DNA of 64,000 nucleotides from positions 744,001 through 808,000 of the forward strand of contig NW_027272011.1 in NCBI RefSeq assembly GCF_040938485.1. The letters are read 5' to 3'. Every line of letters starts with the position of its first letter. The stretch's first letter is position 1. Under the pieces are notes generated by a model. That model worked only from the letters and a program-made list of their open reading frames with translations. It had not been told where the DNA came from and did not search any database. Source of the DNA: Diadema antillarum. Its lineage: Eukaryota. This document shows positions 60,049-64,000 of the stretch, piece by piece. The position numbers were made by a program, and so were the translations under genes.

Positions 60049-60590
60049 GATCGCACTCATCACAGATAACGACGACACGTGCGTGTGTGTGTGTGTGTGT
60101 GTGATGTGTGGTGACTTGTACAGTGTGTCAGCTGTCGATGTCCGCTGTGTGTATCAAAGAGTGTACACTCTTAGCGTGTATGCAGCTTCTGTACTCTTTT
60201 GGTACGTACGTACATGGGATATGCACGAGCTGGTAGATGGTGAAAGAAGCCCATAACTCGGATGGTGTAATGCCAATTTGAAGTGGCCACGGGGGTGGGG
60301 GGGGGGGGGGGGTGGGAACTGCACTGATTAGCATCTTGCCCATGAATATTAATCGTGGATCTAATATTAGAGATCATGCGATCAGTGATTATAATACACT
60401 GTACAACTTTTGTCTTTATAGAGGTTTAATAAAGAACACAACATCCCGCTTGAGTTAACATTTTCCCCTCGAAACAATGATTTATCTTCCCAGTTCTGCA
60501 TGCTTCGAGAAAATTGACTCATATCTTCTCGAAGACAATCTTGGGACTCAATGGCCTAGATAAGAAACCCGTGTAAGGACTGAGAGAGAG

Positions 60591-60625
<35 letters not shown>

Positions 60626-61280
60626 AACAAACAAAAACAAAGATTATAGAGACCCGAGGTGTCTCGCTGTCACCTAAGTACAGGCCTATTGCAGGACATT
60701 TCTTGCAGATTGTTACCCATCAAGAAGAACATGGTTAACTTGGGTCGAAGCTTTGGGGAATATACTCAGAGGAAATGGTGTCCATATCTATAATCTATTA
60801 CACACTGGCAATAATACCTGACAAGTTTGTAGAAAATTTGATGCATTTTCAAAAAGAAGATAGGAATATGGGCCCCAATTTGGGCCCTGATGGGGCACCA
60901 CGGGCAGTGGGCAGACCATGAACAAAATTAAACTACATGTATAGTATTAACGTAGTAACTCAGAGTGCTTTAGACCCTTCTCATAATAGCACTATAAGAT
61001 TTCACGTCCGGTTCAAGAGAAGAAGATATTTCGAGATTTCGAGCCCCAAAAGAGCAAAACAGAAGACTGATTTGATCGAAATCGAAAAAAAAAAAATGGA
61101 AAGTTGTGAAATTGTTAAGTTTTGCTTATTTTCACACAAAAGTTCTTGAACAGGTGACTGGTGTTTATAAAGAAATGAGTGAGCTGATGACGTCATCATG
61201 CACAATATAGACTACATATTAATTTGTAAAAGAACGGAAATTCAATTCTACTGCTTTCAAATATTAAACATAGTGTTATT

Positions 61281-61319
<39 letters not shown>

Positions 61320-61322
<3 letters not shown>

Positions 61323-61563
61323 GGGTTTGTTTGCAAAAACCGATAAGTCCATTTTTGAAGATTTTGAAGTACGATCTCTGTCATAAAGTACAAAATAATA
61401 CCTTTTAAATGATATATTGGTCACTACATGTAAAGGTATATTTTTGAAGTTATGGTCAAAAGAAGCAAAAATTTTCTTATTATTCTCTTTATTTTGCTTG
61501 ACCTTTAATCGCAAATATCTCCATTTGGCAAATATGGATTTACCGGCTTTTGCAAACAAACTC

Positions 61564-61566
<3 letters not shown>
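61320..61566. mobile_element. MITE embedded in (TA)n microsatellite
   Basis: About 38-bp imperfect TIR GAAG(G/A)GTTTGTTTGCAAAA(A/G)CCG; pure (TA)n on both sides. Confidence 0.8.
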
Positions 61567-61612
<46 letters not shown>

Positions 61613-62099
61613 TATATATAATCATATATACATATATATATCCATTTTCAAAAAACATTCATTTACCCACCGAAGTGAGTTTGAACTATATGAATAGTCA
61701 TTGATTTTCGCTACACTGCCCAGCAGTCAGCTAGCGGTTTCCATAACTTTAACCTTTGACCAATCAGAGTCCTAGAATTTTAGAGTAAGGTATACTTAAA
61801 CTTTACTAATGACTCGTTGTAAGCGAAATTTCGTGTAAGGCTAAATAAATACCAAGTCACATGTTCGCTCTTGATCAATCATTTCTTTGATAAGGATCTG
61901 TTTTAGATCTAGGGCATGATTGTTCATCATTATCACACACGTCCGTTTATTCGCACGGGGTGACCTACAGCTAGTTTGAAAATGAGCAAAGTCTGAAACT
62001 TAACTTTGAAGATAAACAGGACAAGTTGTAGAACCGATTTTATTTTATGATATCACAACCAAACTACCCCTAACAAAATTAGACACTATTCATCTATAA

Positions 62100-62470
62100 A
62101 CCATATCAATACTGCCCGTCGTCTACCAAGAATATAGACGTTCATCAGTCCTGTCACACCATGGCATTACTATCCAAGTTGGACCGGGACCTGTTACACA
62201 CCCGCCGTCTTCTTGCACAAGCAACAATGTTTTACAAAATACAACATAACCTGGTGAATATCTCCTTCCCAGCCATCATAATCCCAGCAACTTATATTGG
62301 CAGAAATGACCACCTCCTCAAATACACAGTCCCGGAAGCCACAATTGATCCATACAAATATTCATTCTTATTTCTTCCCAAGAACAACAAAAATGTGGAA
62401 CCGCCTACCAAACACCTACTACTTTCCAAGAGGCTGCCCTCCCATGTATTAGGAGCATGCAGTCCCCAGT
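62100..62470 (+). mobile_element. CR1/L2-type LINE, extreme 3' ORF2 fragment
   Basis: LLHTRRLLAQATMFYKIQHNLVNI...TIDPYKYSF matches the RR..MFYKI..LV..YKYSFFPR C-terminal pattern. Confidence 0.75.
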
Positions 62471-62945
62471 AGGATCCAGAATGCTATAAATCCACCGGCT
62501 TGGTTTTTACTTGCACATGGCAAAATTTTTATTTTGTACAATTGATTATATTTGCCATAAATACACTCTGTCCGTTGGCCGTTATAATGTCACCGTGTAC
62601 CATCCCAGTATAGCTTCTCACGAAAAGCTGCAACAGGGATTACTTCTTCGAGGTTCAAGATTATACTTTTTGTCTTCAAGATCAAAAGTATGCCATGTTT
62701 GTTTGTTTGTTTGTTTGTTTTGTTATTATTTTTGACACCCTCAAGCTCGCACTGCGCAGCATGTATGGTTAGCATTCTTATACCTTCTTCAAATTGGCAC
62801 CAGGCCTTGGTCCCCGCGAAATCTGGTCGAATTTCCAAATTACCCATCGGGGTGCGCACATAGAGCTGTATTATACGTACTTATGTATGTAAATGCAGCT
62901 CTACGGACGGGTACGGGTGCGCACTACTGCACTGTTACGGAGATC

Positions 62946-63037
62946 ATGGCTGGTGCTCAGGCAAGCAGGATGAGGGTACTTGCTCTTTATCGTGAAATGT
63001 TACGAGAGTCGCAGAAGTTCTCTGGATACAATTATCG
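62946..63037 (+). CDS. LYRM4: LYR motif-containing protein 4 (ISD11, Fe-S cluster assembly), exon 1; remainder outside window
   Basis: MAGAQASRMRVLALYREMLRESQKFSGYNYR followed by a phase-2 GTAAGT donor; matches the remembered N-terminus of LYRM4 ([21 protein letters not shown]). Confidence 0.9.
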
Positions 63038-64000
63038 GTAAGTAACATCCATCGTAGCAAGGTGGCCTCGGAGAGTGAGAGAGATCTATCTAGAGACTAA
63101 TGATGGTGAAACTCATTTACTGTAATACCCCCGTTCTAACAAGCCTTAGTCCCACTCGCGAATAAATGTGTAACCGAACTTTCGTCTTTGCATGATGATG
63201 ATGATGTAACTCCGACGCCGCATTGCATTGCACTACACTACTGTCACTAGTACGACTACTAGCTACGTAGTTCTACTTCTAGTAGAGTTGGTTGTCCAAC
63301 ACATCGACGCTCTAATATTTCTCTATCAATAGATACTTAGATATCTCACAATTTGTCTGAAATTTTACTCACAATATCAGTCATATGTGAAGAAAATATT
63401 CTGAATTCAGGTGTGCATTAAATTAAAATGCGATTTGCGTGTTGCGGTACACGCTCCAAGATACCAGTAACTCACTGCTTCGATTTCGAACGCGTGGGTT
63501 GTTATATTGACGCACTCAGTTGTGCCGTAATCACAGTAATTTTGAAACCAACACCCCTACCCTCTGTTGACCATACGTGTGAAGTGCACGTAATTAATGC
63601 TTTTCCAATGCACGGAATATATTATGTGCATTTATATTAATCTATGGTATCATTGTTTTGCTGTTGATCTTGTTTATTATCAGGTTTTTCAGTAATATTT
63701 GGACATCTTCATATCCCCAGTGAAGAATACAGAACCACTGTACATGGCTAAGTCTCATGCGTGAAATTCGTTCTTACACGCACTGTTATAAATCCGTAAA
63801 GGGGATTCCGTTAAGCCAGACGTAGTCTCCAGGGAACATATCCCCGACGACAAGATACAGAGCAATCTTTTACTGTAGTCAAATGAGTTACTAAGTTAGG
63901 TAATTACTATGGAGAAGAGGGCAGGACAGGTCTACCTTGATCATTCATATAATACCAGCAATCAGCAGACTGTCCTGACGAGCCATGGCCATGGTTATGG

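Overview
AT-rich, intron-rich animal genomic DNA, most likely a sea urchin or related invertebrate deuterostome (inferred from protein sequences, MITE families and TACATGTA enrichment). All identifications are by eye and from memory; no searches were run. Five spliced genes were reconstructed exon by exon with consistent intron phases: the 5' part of an unnamed EF-hand gene (minus, 6462 to <245, runs off the window), GOT2 (minus, 11 exons, 432 aa), NDUFAF6 (plus, 7 exons, 320 aa, head-to-head with GOT2), BOP1 (minus, 14 exons, 817 aa) and exon 1 of LYRM4 (plus, head-to-head with BOP1). Introns and intergenic DNA are packed with non-autonomous DNA transposons (TTAA, TA, CWG and 5-bp target duplications, several nested), two CR1/L2-type LINE fragments, microsatellites and two N gaps. 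No tRNA, rRNA, CRISPR or intact transposase was seen. The most notable observations are a 744-bp near-perfect palindrome and a set of antisense exon-like units in GOT2 intron 1, RFX X-box promoters, and several decayed coding-like segments. I did not find convincing evidence of a wholly new biological system.
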